Part shown: piece by piece, positions 1 through 12,602 of the stretch
Numbering within the stretch: position 1 is the first letter of the stretch
Layout of the letters: the number at the start of each line of letters is the position of its first letter
Assembly: GCA_038087875.1 (NCBI GenBank)
Contig: CM075991.1
Location: 2,232,001 to 2,296,000 of the forward strand
Length of the DNA: 64,000 nucleotides
Origin: Malacoraja senta
Lineage: Eukaryota
Reading direction: 5' to 3'
Position numbers and translations under genes: made by a program
The notes under the pieces: model-generated
What the model saw: the letters and a program-made list of their open reading frames with translations, nothing else
Told to the model about the DNA's origin: nothing
Database searches by the model: none

Positions 1-36
1 ACAGGAAGAGCCTAAGTATAACCCCTGACACCCTTA

Positions 37-479
37 TGGCCCTGTCACACTTGGCGATTTTTAGGCGACTGTCATAGTCGTAGCAGGTCGCTGAAAAACC
101 AGCGACTGGACTAATGGGCCTGCCCCACTTAGGCGGTTTATAGGCCACTGCCGGCGAATACGGCAATGGAATTCACTGAAGTCAGCACCGGTGACAACCT
201 ACGTCACCTGGCAACAACCTACATCACCCGGCAACAACCTACGTTAACCTGGCGACAACCTACGACAGCACCTACGTCAAGCTATGCTCATTGGCGTCAA
301 AACCACAGTCGCCACTGTCACCGAAAATTTTTCAACATGTTGAAAATCCAGCGGAGACCAAAAAGACGTGGGTGACTGAGGAAACTACCTACGACCAGAC
401 AAGCGACACCCCGGCGACTAACGGCGACCATGTGGCGACAGCCTAGTCGCCTGTAGTCGCCTAAAGTGGGACAGGCCCA
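37..479. mobile_element. PIF/Harbinger-like MITE (composite, second left end at ~115)
   Basis: TIRs TGGCCCTGTCACAC / GTGGGACAGGCCCA; TTA on both sides, interrupting a CR1 tail (gacaccc-tta-ctaatcaag). Confidence 0.75.
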
Positions 480-494
480 TTACTAATCAAGAAT

Positions 495-928
495 AAGGTC
501 ATAAGTGATAGGAGTAGAATCAGACAATTCGGCCCATCAAGTCTAATCTGCCATTCAATCATGGCTGATATCTCTCTCCCTCCTAACCCCATTCTCTTGC
601 CTTCTCCCATTAACCACTGACATCCGAACTAATCAAAAATTCCACAGGTTCACCACCGAAAGGCAAAGAATTCCACAGATTCACCACCCTCTGACGAAAG
701 ATATTTCTCCTCATCTTCCTAATAGAACGTTCTTTAATTCTGAGGCTATGACCTCTGGTCCTAGACTCTCCCACTAGCGGAAACATCCTCTCCACATCCA
801 CTCTATTCAAGTCTTTCACTATTCGGTAAGTTTCAATGAGGTCCCCCCTCATTCTTCTAAACTCCAGCGAGTACAGACCCAGTGCCGACAAACGCTGATC
901 AAAGGTTAACCTACTTATTCCTGGGATC
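495..928 (-). mobile_element. CR1/HER1-type LINE 3' fragment
   Basis: ORF 610-891 LGLYSLEFRRMRGDLIETY...RTRGHSL...QRVVNLWNSLP, the CR1 ORF2 C-terminus, plus 3' tail. Confidence 0.9.
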
Positions 929-999
929 CATCAATCTCCCCCACCACCTTTCTGTATCGAGCTACTGGTAAATTACATCAGGCTCTTTAGATATGCAAT

Positions 1000-1257
1000 G
1001 TAGAACAGGCCATTTGGTCCACTGCAGTCATGCTGACCATCGATCACCCATTCACACTAGTTCCATGTTGTCCCACTTTCCCATCCACTGGGGGCAATTT
1101 ACAGAGGGCCAATTAGCCCACAAACCTGCACATTTGGGATGTGGGCGGAAGCAGGAACATCCAGAAGAAACCCACGCGGTCACAGGCAGCCGAGATCAGG
1201 ATCGATCCTGGGCCTCTGACGCTGTGGGCCAGCATCTCTACCAGCCGCACCACTGTG
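1000..1257 (-). mobile_element. HE1-type tRNA-derived SINE
   Basis: Reverse complement has tRNA-like head, core gtgaccgcgtgggtttctt..ttcctgc and gggcc-type tail shared with other copies. Confidence 0.75.
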
Positions 1258-1319
1258 CATAAGTATCCCTTTGGGGTGAGAACCGCAAGCAGCCAAGCGG
1301 AATGGCCCTCAGATTCACA

Positions 1320-1765
1320 TCAAGCCTTTGACGGCACTGGGCCTGTACTCGCTGGAGTTTGGAAGAATGAGGGGGGACCTCATTGAAACTTACCGAATAG
1401 TGAAAGGCTTGGATAAAGTGGATGTGGAGAGGATGTTTCCACTTGTGGGAGAGTCTAGGACCAGAGGTCATAGTCTCAGAATTAAAGGACATTCCTTTAG
1501 GAAGGAGATGAGGAGGAATTTCTTTAGCCAGAGGGTGGTGAATCTGTGGAATTATTTGCCGCAGAAGACTGTGGAGGCCAAGTCAAGGGGTATTTTTAAG
1601 GCAGAGATAGATAGATTCTTGATTAGTACGGGTGTCAGGGGTTATGGGGAGAACGCAGGAGAATGGGGTTAGGAGGGAGAGACAGATCAGCCATGATTGA
1701 ATGGCAGAGTGGATTTGATGGGCCGAATGGCCTAATTTTTCTCCTATGACATGACCTTATGACCT
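1320..1765 (+). mobile_element. CR1 LINE 3' fragment
   Basis: ORF 1328-1672 CR1 C-terminus; tail gatcagccatgattgaatgg...gggccgaatggcct. Confidence 0.9.
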
Positions 1766-2039
1766 TCACAGCAGGGTCAATGATCAGAGGAGAGAATCTT
1801 CGTATATTGCTGCAGTCGGTTCAGTTACAGTCATTAAGGGGTGACTGTAGTATTAAGGCTGCTGCTTCATGAACCACAGGGGCCAAATGATTGACTCCTC
1901 TCTGGTATGTGGCTTGCCAGATCATTCAATAAACAGACGTGCCGTTTCTCATTCGCTAGAGTCTGTTCAGTTCCTGGTCCACACATCCACACAGAGAATC
2001 TGCAGGCTCACGATTTTTTTCCTTGCTTCTTTCTTGGCC

Positions 2040-2255
2040 ACTTTTTACATTTCCAACGAAGCCAATTAACCTATAAACCTGTACGTCTTTGGAGTGTTGG
2101 AGGAAACGGAAGATCTTGTAGAAATCCCACACAGGGCACGGGGAGAACGTACAGACCCTGTCGAGACAAGCACCCGTAGTCAGGATTGAACCCGGGTCTC
2201 TGGTGCTGCAAGAGCTGCAGGGTAGCAACTCTACCGCTATGCCACCGTGCCGCCC
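2040..2255 (-). mobile_element. HE1-type SINE
   Basis: Box-B-like ggttcaatcc and A-box-like cggtggcatagcggtagag on the minus strand; HE1 core. Confidence 0.8.
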
Positions 2256-2336
2256 AAGTTGGGTAGGTTTAGTGTTAGATTTAGCTACAGACAAGCACCC
2301 GTCGTCGGGAATGAACCCGGGTCTCTGGCGCTGTAA

Positions 2337-2654
2337 GGGACCTGTCCCACTTGGCCGATTTTTTTTGGCGAAGTCGCCAAATAAATCGCCGCATCACGGC
2401 GTGACTTTTCCGGTGACCTGGTACGTCAGTGATCATTGACTGACGTATCAGGTCACCAGAAAAGCCGCGCCGTGATGCGGCGTAACGCGGCGGTGCCGCC
2501 TAGCGACGCGGCGAGACGACGTATTGAAGCGCGGTGTTTCCTCAGTGTCGCGACTTTTTTTTTGCCGCCGCTGGATTTTGAAATATTCAAAATCTTTTGG
2601 CGACCCTGATATGACGCCGGCAGTCGCCAAAAAAAAAATCGCCAAGTGGGACAG
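2337..2654. mobile_element. PIF/Harbinger-like MITE inserted in an HE1 SINE
   Basis: taa|GGGACCTGTCCCACTTGGC ... GCCAAGTGGGACAG; right end truncated; long internal palindrome. Confidence 0.75.
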
Positions 2655-3477
2655 TAGCTGCACTACTGTGCCACCGTGTAGATTGAGTTTTACTGCCAAA
2701 ACAGTGAAAAAGCAAACTTTGAAAAAAAAATTTTTAATCCATGTAGCACAATAGACCTGTGATGAATAAACTCTCAGATCAGATCATCCCTCACAGTGAG
2801 ACAGTCCCAGTGAATTTCTGTGAATATCTGTTCTGGTTTCTATTAACTGCAAACTGATATGATCACACATCAATTCTGTTTAATACCTTTAGCAATGATG
2901 CCACATAATTTTTCCCAGTAAATTATATTTGCATCCAAGTCAAGGCAGAATCAATGATCATGTCATTTCTGCAGAAGCTGTGGTTTGGGCAAGTTAGTCT
3001 ACTGCAGTGTTGTTCACAGGCTGCGACAATGACAGAACAGATATTTATTTTAGATTTAGTTACAGAATAATTTTTTTTTCAATATAAGCAAGAATGTAAT
3101 AGAATTTTCTCTCAGGTTGAAAGAGAAAGACAAAATGTCCACAGGTGAATATATCTTTTGTACTATATTAAAGGTCTTGCCTCAAATGTAATTTATTGGT
3201 TCTGTGAGATTGCCTCTGTAACATGCCAAAGCATTTTCTTAGGTGTTAAGCTGCAAATAAAAACGACCTTGTGTTGGAACATATTGAAGTACAGCACAGG
3301 AGCAGGCCCTTCGGCCCATAATGTCTGTGCTGGACATAAAGCTAGTCATTGCAACCCCACCTCTTGCAGCTAGTATAAAACTGACCTTGCACTAACCAGC
3401 ACGCTTCTATGCACAGACAGCCACATAAATGCAGTTGTTATACAAAGATAAAAGCTGCAGAGACACTCCTAGAAGCT

Positions 3478-4468
3478 GAAGACAGACACAAAAAGCTGGA
3501 GTAACTCAGCGGTAGGGTTGCCAACTTTCTCACTCCCAAATAAGGGACAAAAGGTCAAAATTCCTGATGGCAATTTGTTGACTGACTCGGCCGTGGCTGG
3601 GTGAATGATGAGTTGACCCGGGTGCAGGACTGCACACAAAGCCCAGCCAGTGGGCCAGCTGAAGCGTTTTGGCTCGAGCGACATCGCGCGCAAAGTCCGA
3701 CACCCTATCCAACTCATGAACCGATGATCGGCCATGAAAGGAGGGGTGGTGGTCAGCGGTAAGTGAAGGTCCGAAGGTCGGACAGCTGGCCGCGCTGCTG
3801 ACCGACGGGGCTACGGGCGAGACGCTGCTGCTGCACTCCATGGGCTGCACTACGTCGGGACGGGTGAGGCGGGATCGGACGCTGCGCTCCAACCCGACAG
3901 TCCCCTAAATCCGAGTGGTAGCAGTCAAATATGGGACAAAGGCGGTCCCCGTATGGGACAAACCAATTTAGCTCAAAATACGGGATGTCCCGGCTAATAA
4001 GACAGTTGGCAACCCTACTCAGCGCGTCAGGCAGCATCTCTGAAGAAGCGGAAAACGTGACATTTCGGGTCTGAGACTCAGGGGAAAGGGAAACGAGAGA
4101 TATAGACTGTGATGTAGAGAGATATAGAACAAATGAATGAAAGATATGCAAAAATATAATGATGATAAAGGAAACAGGACATTTTTAGCTGTGGCTAGTT
4201 CAGAACAAGTACAGACTCAACAAGACAATTTTGAAGCTGGTGTGTCTTGGGTGGGGGAGGGATGGAGAGAGAGAGGGAAAGCAAGGATTACTTGAAGTTA
4301 GAGAAATCGATATTCAAACCACTGGGTTTCAAGTTGCCCAAGCAAAATATGAGATGCTGTTCCTCCAATTTGCATTTGGCCTCACACTGACAATGGACGA
4401 GGTCTGGGACAGAAAGGTCAGGGTGGGCATGGGAAGGGGAATTAAAGTGTTTGGCAACAGGGAGATTT
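3478..4468 (-). mobile_element. Penelope-like element 3' part (GIY-YIG C-terminus and terminal repeat), interrupted by the hAT MITE
   Basis: ORF 4288-4491 HFNSPSHAHPDLSV...KLEEQHLIFCLG..PSGLNIDF; terminal repeat gacacaaaaagctggagtaactcagc. Confidence 0.8.
3513..4017. mobile_element. hAT-type MITE
   Basis: TIR TAGGGTTGCCAACT/AGTTGGCAACCCTA; 8-bp TSD ctcagcgg/ctcagcgc; repeated GGGAC subterminal motifs; splits a Penelope terminal repeat. Confidence 0.85.
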
Positions 4469-4564
4469 GTTGACTTAATCCAAACAAGCATAGAACATGG
4501 AGCAGTACAGCACAGGAACAGGCCCTTCAGCCCACATTATCTGTGCCGAACCTGAGTACAGGCA

Positions 4565-4968
4565 GTGAGAGGGGATCTTATTGAAACATATAAGATTATT
4601 AAGGGTTTGGACGCGCTGGAGGCAGGAAACATGTTCTCAATGTTGGGGGAGTCCAGATCCAGGGGCCGCAGTTTAAGAATAAGGAGTAAGCCATTTAGAA
4701 TGGAGATGAGGAAATACTTTTTCACACAGAGAGTTGTGAGTCTGTGGAATTCTCTGCCTCAGAGGGCGGTGGAGGCCGGTTCCCTGGATACTTTCAAGAG
4801 AGAGCTAGATAGGGCTCTTAAAGATAGTGGAGTCAGGGGATATGGAGAGAAGGCAGGAACGGGGTACTGATTGTGGATGATCAGCCATGATCACATTGAA
4901 TGGCGGTGCTGGCTCGAAGGGCCGAATGGCCTACTCCTGCACCTATTGTCTATTGTCTATTGTCTATT
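4565..4968 (+). mobile_element. CR1 LINE 3' fragment
   Basis: ORF 4565-4870; (ctattgt)n tail. Confidence 0.9.
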
Positions 4969-5249
4969 GATGCTAATCTCTTCAGCCTACATATAATCCA
5001 TATCTAGTCACCCCCAACATATTTAAGTGCCCATCTTAAATACCCTTATGGTATCTGCCTCCTCTACGACCCCTGGCAGTGTGCTCCAAGCACCCACCAC
5101 TCTCTGTGGAAGAAACTTGCCCCATTTCTTTTAAGCTCTTCCCTTCTTATCTTAAAGCTACGCCCTCCCCTATTTGACATCCCCATCCAGGAAAAAGGCT
5201 CTGATTGTCTACCCTATCTATGCCTCTCATCATTTTATAAACTTCTATC

Positions 5250-5895
5250 TCTTCGCGCAACGGACGGTAGGTGTATGGAGTGAGCTACAAGACCAGGTAG
5301 TTGAGGCAGGTACCATCGCAATGTTAAAGAAACATTTAGACAGGTACATGGATAGCACTTGTTTAGAGAGATGTGGGCCGAACGCAGGCAGGTGGGACTA
5401 GGCTTGTATTCACTGGAGTTTAGAAGGATGAGGGGGAATCTTATAGAAACATATAAAATTATAAAAGGACTGGACAAGCTAGATACAGGAAAAAATTTCC
5501 CAATGTTGGGCGAGTCCAGAACCAGGGGCCACAGCCTTAGAATAAAGGGGAGGCCATTTAAGACTGAGGTGAGAAAAAAAAAATTCACCCAGAGAGTTGT
5601 GTATTTGTGGAATTCTCTGCCACAGAGGGCAGTGGATGCCAAGTCACTAGATGGATTTAAGAGAGAGTTGGATAGAGGTCTAGGGGCTAGTGGAATCAAG
5701 GGATATGGGGAGATGGCAGGCACGGGTTATTGATAGGGGACGATCAGTCATGATCACAATGAATGGCGGTGCTGGCTCGGAGGGCCGAATGGCCTCCTCC
5801 ACCTATTTTCTATGTTTCTAGTGTAGATGGGACATGTTGGGAAAATTGGGCCGAAGGGCCTGTTTCCATGCTGTAAGTCCCTATGATTCTATGAC
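5250..5895 (+). mobile_element. Nested CR1 3' fragments (one at ~5397-5820 inside a HER1-like tail)
   Basis: ORFs 5174-5401 and 5359-5733; the outer element resumes at ctagtgtagatgggacatg. Confidence 0.8.
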
Positions 5896-5994
5896 AGGTC
5901 TCCCCTCAACTTCTGATGCTCCAGAGAACACAATCCAACCTCTGGATATTACCTTTGTCCAATCCCTCCTTATAACTAATACTCTCTGATCCAG

Positions 5995-6360
5995 AGATAG
6001 ACACAAAAAGCTGGAGTAACTCAGCTGGACAGGCAGCATCTCTGGAGAGAAGGGATGGGTGACGTTTCGGGTTGTGACCCTTCTTCAGACTAAGAGTCAG
6101 GGGAAAGGGGGGCACAAAGGTATGGACGGGTACAAGCTTTGAAATCGAGACATCAAAGGGGTCGTAGATCAAGGAAAATATAGAAGAGATCATTGTTAGC
6201 TGGGGGAAGGTGACAATGAAGCATACAAAGATAAAATGTAATCAGGAAGACAGTAAGAATGGTCGGAGAACTAGGATGGGGGACGGATGGTAAGAGAGGG
6301 AAAATAAGGGTTACTTGAAGTTAGAGAAGTTGATATTCATGCCGCTGGGTTACAAGCGGA
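5995..6360 (-). mobile_element. Penelope-like 3' fragment with hammerhead-like motif
   Basis: gacgtttcgggttgtgacccttcttcag at 6061-6088; end of the GIY-YIG coding sequence near 6310-6355. Confidence 0.75.
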
Positions 6361-6954
6361 ATAGTCTCCACATCCTTCCTGTAATCGAGCAACCAGAACT
6401 GCACACAATTCCTCAAATGACACTGAACCAAAGTTTCTTTAGCCTAGTTCTGATTCTTGGTGACAGGGCTCATACAAGTGCTTAGTGAGCTTCTAACTCC
6501 GCGGCCAGTGGACCTGTTGTACCCCCAGTTAAAACACCAGGCGAGAGGTTTGATGAATCTTTCTCACCCATAGATTTGCTATTTACACTCAAAGGGTGGT
6601 GGGTGTTTGGAGTGAGCTGCCAGAGGAGGTAGTTGAGGCAGGTACTATCACAAAGTATAAGAAACATTTAGACAGGTTTAGAGGGATTTGGGCCAAACTC
6701 AGGTAGGTGGGACGTGTGTAGATGGGACATAGTGGTTGGAGTGGGCAAGTTGGGCCGAAGGGCCTGTTTGCACGCTGTATGACACTGCAACTGTATTTAA
6801 TGTAATTCTTGCAATTAGTTACAAGAAAAGACTGTTGGAATTGGTGCAGTACGATGCTGAGAATGATATTGTGCACCATATATATTTCCCTTTGCACTAC
6901 CTATTGCACATGAGTTTGTGTTGATTGTATTGATGCATAGTGGAGGTTTTAGAC

Positions 6955-7230
6955 TTTAGGCTTCAGGGATACAGTGCGGAAACAGGCCCTTCGGCCCGCT
7001 GAGTCTGCATGACCAGCGATCACCCCTACACACACGAGGGACAATTTACAATTTTACCGCCGCTGATTAACCTCCAAACCAGTACGTCTTTGGAGTGTGG
7101 GAGGAAACCGGAGCGCCCAGAAAAAAACCCACGCAGTGATGGGGCGAACGTACAGACAGCACCCATAGTCAGGATCAAACCTGGGTCTCTGGCGCTGAGG
7201 TAGGGCAGCAACTGAACGCTACGCCGTGGC
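6955..7230 (-). mobile_element. HE1-type SINE
   Basis: Same head, core and tail blocks as the other copies. Confidence 0.8.
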
Positions 7231-8409
7231 CCCCCTTGTTTGAAAATAAATCACTCAACTAAGATAGCGTTATCGTCACGTGCCATTGGTTTATTTGGAA
7301 AATGTTGGCTTTTTTGTTGTTGTTGGTTTGCATCCTTGCTTTCCGTGCATACTCTCCGCCACCACCCGCCCCCTCTCCCCACTCACCGCCCCCCTCTCCC
7401 CCATCCTCTCCACCCCCCCTCCCGCTCTGCAACCTGGCACTGTAATGCAGCAACTCTACCGCTGCGCCAATGTGCAGCTCTTAAATGTATAATGTGATCA
7501 GACTGAACAGCATGCAGAACGGAGCTGTTCACTGAACCTTGGTATAAGTGACAATAATAAATCTAAAACACGATCTGCAAGCAGTGCGAGCAGTTTCAGA
7601 AGATGATAGCCAGAGTTTATGATAGCTAAGTCAAGAGTGTTTAATTGTTGTAAGTACACGCAACAGAAAAATGACATTCATACTTGCAGCAGCTTTACAA
7701 GTGTTGTCAAGATGACGAAAACTTGTCTCGTTGTAAAGATAGGCTTGATTGGATTTTATAGACTTTTCATGTCCCTGAAGTATTTAATGACAACCCCCTT
7801 TTGAATTGCCATGCCATGATTAACAGAAGTGTGTTGGCTCACATTTTTCAAAACACACAGACACAAAAGACTGCAGATTCTGGAATCTGGAGCAAAAAAC
7901 TATGCACTGTTGGAGGGACCCGCTGGGCCGAGCAGCATCTGTGAAGCCTGAGGGAGTGTCAAAGTTTTGGCACCCAACCCAATCCTGTATAAAAATACAA
8001 AACTTCTGGATGGGAATATTCAATATCATTTCTAAAACACTTAAAATTCAATTGGAGTCAGATTCAAAATTAATAATATTAGGATTGTCAGAAGACTGCC
8101 CTAATTTAACGATATTTTAAAGACGCTTCCTTGACTATGGTTTAATAACTGCGAATTTTTTTTAACTTAAATTCTGGAAAAAGATAACAGTCCCCACAGT
8201 GAAGATGTGGATCACAGAAATGACCGAGACACTACATCTAGAAAAAATAAGGCTTGTTTTGACTGACAAACCAGATCAATTTTCCAAAATATGTTCTCCT
8301 TTCATTGAATTTCTTCAACAACATAATGATTGAACACAAATTCAAAACCGACGCTGGGGTTGGGTGAGCGGGCGTAGGGAAGTGTAGTGGGATATATCTC
8401 TGCTTCTTA

Positions 8410-8844
8410 CATAGATACATAGAAAATAGGTGCAGGAGTAGGCCATTCGGCCCTTCGAGCCTGCACCGCCATTCAATATGATCATGGCTGATCATCCAAC
8501 TCAGTATCCCGTACCTGCCTTCTCTCCATACCCCCTGATCTGTTTAGCCACAAGGGCCACATCTAACTCCCTCTTAAATATAGCCAATGAACTGGCCTCA
8601 ACTACCCTCTGTGGCAGAGAGTTCCAGAGATTCACCACTCTCTGTGTGAAAAAGTTTTTCCTCATCTCGGTCTTAAAGGATTTCCCCCTTATCCTTAAGC
8701 TGTGACCCCTTGTCCTGGACTTCCCCAACATCGGGAACAATCTTCCTGCATCTAGCCTGTCCTACCCCATAAGAATTTTGTACGTTTCTATAAGATCCCC
8801 TCTCAATCTCCTAAATTCTAGCGAGTATAAGCCAAGTCTATCCG
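8410..8844 (-). mobile_element. Young CR1 3' fragment
   Basis: Near-identical to the 3' ends of the copies at 20731 and 24911; (ctatgtat)n tail. Confidence 0.9.
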
Positions 8845-9499
8845 AAGCTGTATGAAGATTGAATAATTGTTATATCGATTACTTTCTCCATGTACAATTG
8901 CTTCTAATAAAATAAATATTTTAAAATAAATAAACAAATAAATAAATGTCCATCCTGCCTTTCGCATCCATAGATGCTGCTCTGCCTGCTGAGTTAACGT
9001 AGAACTGTGTAGTACAGGAACAGGCCCTTCGGCCCACAATGTCCATGCCGAACACGGCGTCAAGTTAAACTATTCTCCTCCACCTGCGCGTGATCCACAT
9101 CCCTCCATTCTAAGAGCCTCTAAACACCGTTATAATTATCGCCGTGGGGTGGTGGTGGAGGCAGGAACCATAGTGACGTTTAAGACTTTTGGCACATTGA
9201 CCTTCATCAGTCAGAGTATTGAGAAGTTGCGAGGTCATGCTGCAGTTGTATAAGGCCGCATTTAGAGTATTGTGTTCAGTTCTGGGCACCATGTTATAGG
9301 AAAGATATTGTCAAGCTTGAATGGGGTTTCCCCATGATCTTCGGTTTCCTCCCACACTCCAAAGACATACAGGTTTGTAGGTTTGGCTGGGTATGAATGT
9401 ACAATTGTCCCCAGTGTGTGTAGGATGGTGTTAGTGTGCGGGGATCGCTGGTCAGCACCGACTCCGCGTTGAATCTCTTAACTAAACTAAACTAAGCTT

Positions 9500-9978
9500 C
9501 ACGATATGATAGAACTTTATTTATCCCAGGAGGGAAATTAAACTGCCAACAGTCATAATGCATGAAACATGAAATTAAAGTGATGGGGGAGGGTGGGGAG
9601 GGGGAGGGGGAGTCAGTCTTAGTCTACCCCACGACAGAAGGGGGAAGGGTTGTAATGTTTGATAGCCACAGGGAAGAAGGATGTCCTGTGGCATTCTGTC
9701 CTGCATCGTGGTGGAACCAGTCTGTTGCTGAAGGTGCTCCTCAGGTTGACCAATGTGTCATGGAGGGGGTGAGCTGTATTGTCCATGATGCAGTTTGAGG
9801 AGCATCCTCCCCTCCAAGACCACCTCACGTGAATCCAACTCCAACTCCGCCCCCAGGGTGGAGCCAGCCTTCCTGATGAGTTTGTTGATCCTATTGGCGT
9901 CCGCAGCCTTCGCCCTGCTGCCCCAGCATACGGCAGCGAAGAAGATGGCACTGGCTACCACCGGTTGGTAGAAAATCT
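9500..9978 (-). mobile_element. Rex1/Babar-like LINE 3' fragment
   Basis: Frameshifted ORFs VASAIFFAAVCWG..RINKLIRKAG and IMDNTAHPLH...RTSFFPVAIK; aataaag tail. Confidence 0.8.
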
Positions 9979-10940
9979 GTTACATGACTCACATGTCATC
10001 ACTTTCCATGTGCTTGGTCTCACGCACTGCATTTGAACTCTTGCCTGCCAGGAATAAACTTATCAGTGCAGCCAGATTATGAAAAGGAAGAAAATATAAT
10101 TTAGTGTTGATGGAAGGCAGATTGCAAACGAGGATAGGCACAAAGCAAGGTAAAAGCAAAGATGAATGTACGATGAAGAAACGTATTTAATTAGAAGCCA
10201 ACGTTTATTTTAATCTACTTTTCAACATCAGCTGAAACTCTAGTTTAGTTTAGTTTATTCCACGTGTACCGAGGTACAGTGAAAAGCTTTTTGTTGCGTG
10301 CTAACCAGTCAGCAGAAAGATAATACATGATTGCCATCGAGCCATTTACAGTGTATAGTTACATGATAAGGGAATAACGTTTAGTGCAAGGTAAAGTCCG
10401 ATCAAGGATAGTCCAAGGGTTCTTGTCATCGCCAACACTTAATTCCAAGTCTTTAACAATTTGACATACTTCCAGATCATGAAGGGTCTGCAGAATGTTA
10501 AGAGTTATTAATATTAAGGGTTATTTTTGTTTTCATTACAGGCCCGTTTGCAATTTTATCTACCCACGTCTAAATGTCTCATCACGCTGTAAATAGTAAC
10601 CTTAATTTAACCAGAGCAGCACTTAATAACTGATACAAAATGCCATTGCTATTTTACTGAATAGCTCCATGTATTTGAAAAATTAGAAGCCAAGAGACTG
10701 CAGCAAAATCTGGAGCAAAATATGAATGGCTGGAAGAACTGGAAGGGGCCTGGCAGCCTCTGTGGAGGCAAAAGGGATTTTGAGTCAAAACCCTGCATCA
10801 GTTCTGGGTGGAGAGAGGAAAGATGGCCGGTATATGGAGGCGTAGGGGTGGGGTAGGATGGGAGTTGGTGGGTAGACACGAAATACTGGCGTAACTCAGC
10901 GGGACAGGCAGCATCGCTGGAGAGGAGGAACGGGTGAAGG

Positions 10941-12029
10941 CAGGGCCGGCCTTAGGAGGTGCGGGGCCCAATTGGGAAGAATTTTGGTGAGCCCCAGATT
11001 CCCAGCCAAGGTCTGTAGAATCATAGAAATATAAATAAAGTCTATTATAGACATTGTATCTCTATGGTAGAATGGAAAGTAATCAAAATGTGCTCTTAAA
11101 AAGCACCTGCGAGTTAATGGACCAAACAGATCTAAGGTGCATTTTAATATAAAATTGCATACATGTAAGCCTACAAGTAGCAAACAAAATGTGTAGATCA
11201 CCTCTGAAAAGTACATAGTTACAATACCACTTGTTTTAGTGACTGTGAAATGAAAACAAAAGTAATTTAATTCACTAGATCTTGGAAAACCAATAACTAT
11301 TGGCGAAAAAACAATCCAGGCATTAAATATTGGGCTTCAGCCCCATCCTACTGTTTGGGCTTCTACCCCATCCTAACTTAGTTGTGTGTGTGTGTTAGTT
11401 GTGTGTGTGTTAGTTGTCTGTGCGATATGTGTGGGAGGGAAGGAGAGAAGAGAGGGAGGGAGAGAAAGGAGGAAGGAGAGAAGGGAGTGAGGGAAGTAGA
11501 GAAAGAAGGGAGGGAGGGAAGGAGAGAAGGGAAAAGAGAGAGAGGAAGGAGGGAGGGAAGGAGAGAAGGGAGGGAGGGAGGGAAGGGAAGGGAGTGGAGG
11601 GAAGGGAAGGAGAGGGCCGGCAGCAGGAGCGGATGCCGGGGTCCGGGCAGACGGGTGTGAGCTGAGGCCGATGTTTGTAAACGTTGCTCCTACCCCCGGC
11701 CCGGCCCGGCCCTCCCTGTATTGTTCACCGCGTCTCCCCGGGGAAAGAGAGGGGTGGATCCGGGGCTGTGTGCGTGAAGCACGGCGACTGGAGGGGCAGG
11801 AGCGCTGCCCCGGGACCATGAGGGAACGACCCACCTCCCCCTCTCCCCCTTCTCCATTCCCCCTCACACCCCTGTCCCCATCTATCCCTTTCTTCCCCCT
11901 CCACCCCTCTACTCTCTCTCCACCCCTCTCACCCCCCTCCACCCGGGGTAGATCTACCTGAGCCGAGAGCAGTTTACTCTGGCGCGGGGCCCCCTTAGGC
12001 GTGCGGCCCAATTGGGAGCAATTGGCTTG
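10941..12029. mobile_element. Non-autonomous hAT-like DNA transposon with damaged right TIR
   Basis: Left end CAGGGCCGGCCTTAGG; subterminal GGCCCAATTGGGA at both ends; ggtgaagg on both flanks (10933-10940, 12030-12037). Confidence 0.65.
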
Positions 12030-12602
12030 GGTGAAGGAACTGCAGATGCTGGTGTAAACCGAAGATACCAGAGCTGGTGGGTGATGGGTGGAAACGGGTG
12101 AGGATGGATACGATGGGCGGATGGAGTCCGGGAAGAGGAGGGGTAGAAGAGATGAACAAAGGGAGAGAGCACAAACAATGACACAAACTAATGGAGTGCT
12201 TCAGTGGGCCAGGCAGCATCTCTGGAGAACTGGGATAGACAATGTTTCAGGTCGGGGCCCTTCTTCAGATTGATTGTAGCGGGGGGGGGGGGGGGGAGAA
12301 AGCTGGAAGAGAGGTGGGGGCAGGACAAAGCCTGGCAAGTGACAGGTGGATGCAGGTGATGAGGGTTTGATTGGCTGAGAGGTGGACAAAGGCCAGAGAT
12401 GAGGAGACAAAAGGCTGTGAGAGACAGAGATGATGGGAGGAGAGGCACAAAATGTGAAGCCAGAGGAAGGGATAAATGGGGGATCGGGTGGGAATGGGGT
12501 AGGAATACATAGGGTGTCCACAGGATGGAAATCATCTGGGAAAGATGGGCTGAGGAATGGCAGATGGAATTTAACTCGGTCAAGATATTTTTGTTTTTGC
12601 AT

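Noticed and set aside
11373..12011. 212-aa and overlapping Arg/Gly/Glu/Pro-rich ORFs
   Set aside because: Translations of low-complexity purine/pyrimidine tracts inside a DNA transposon
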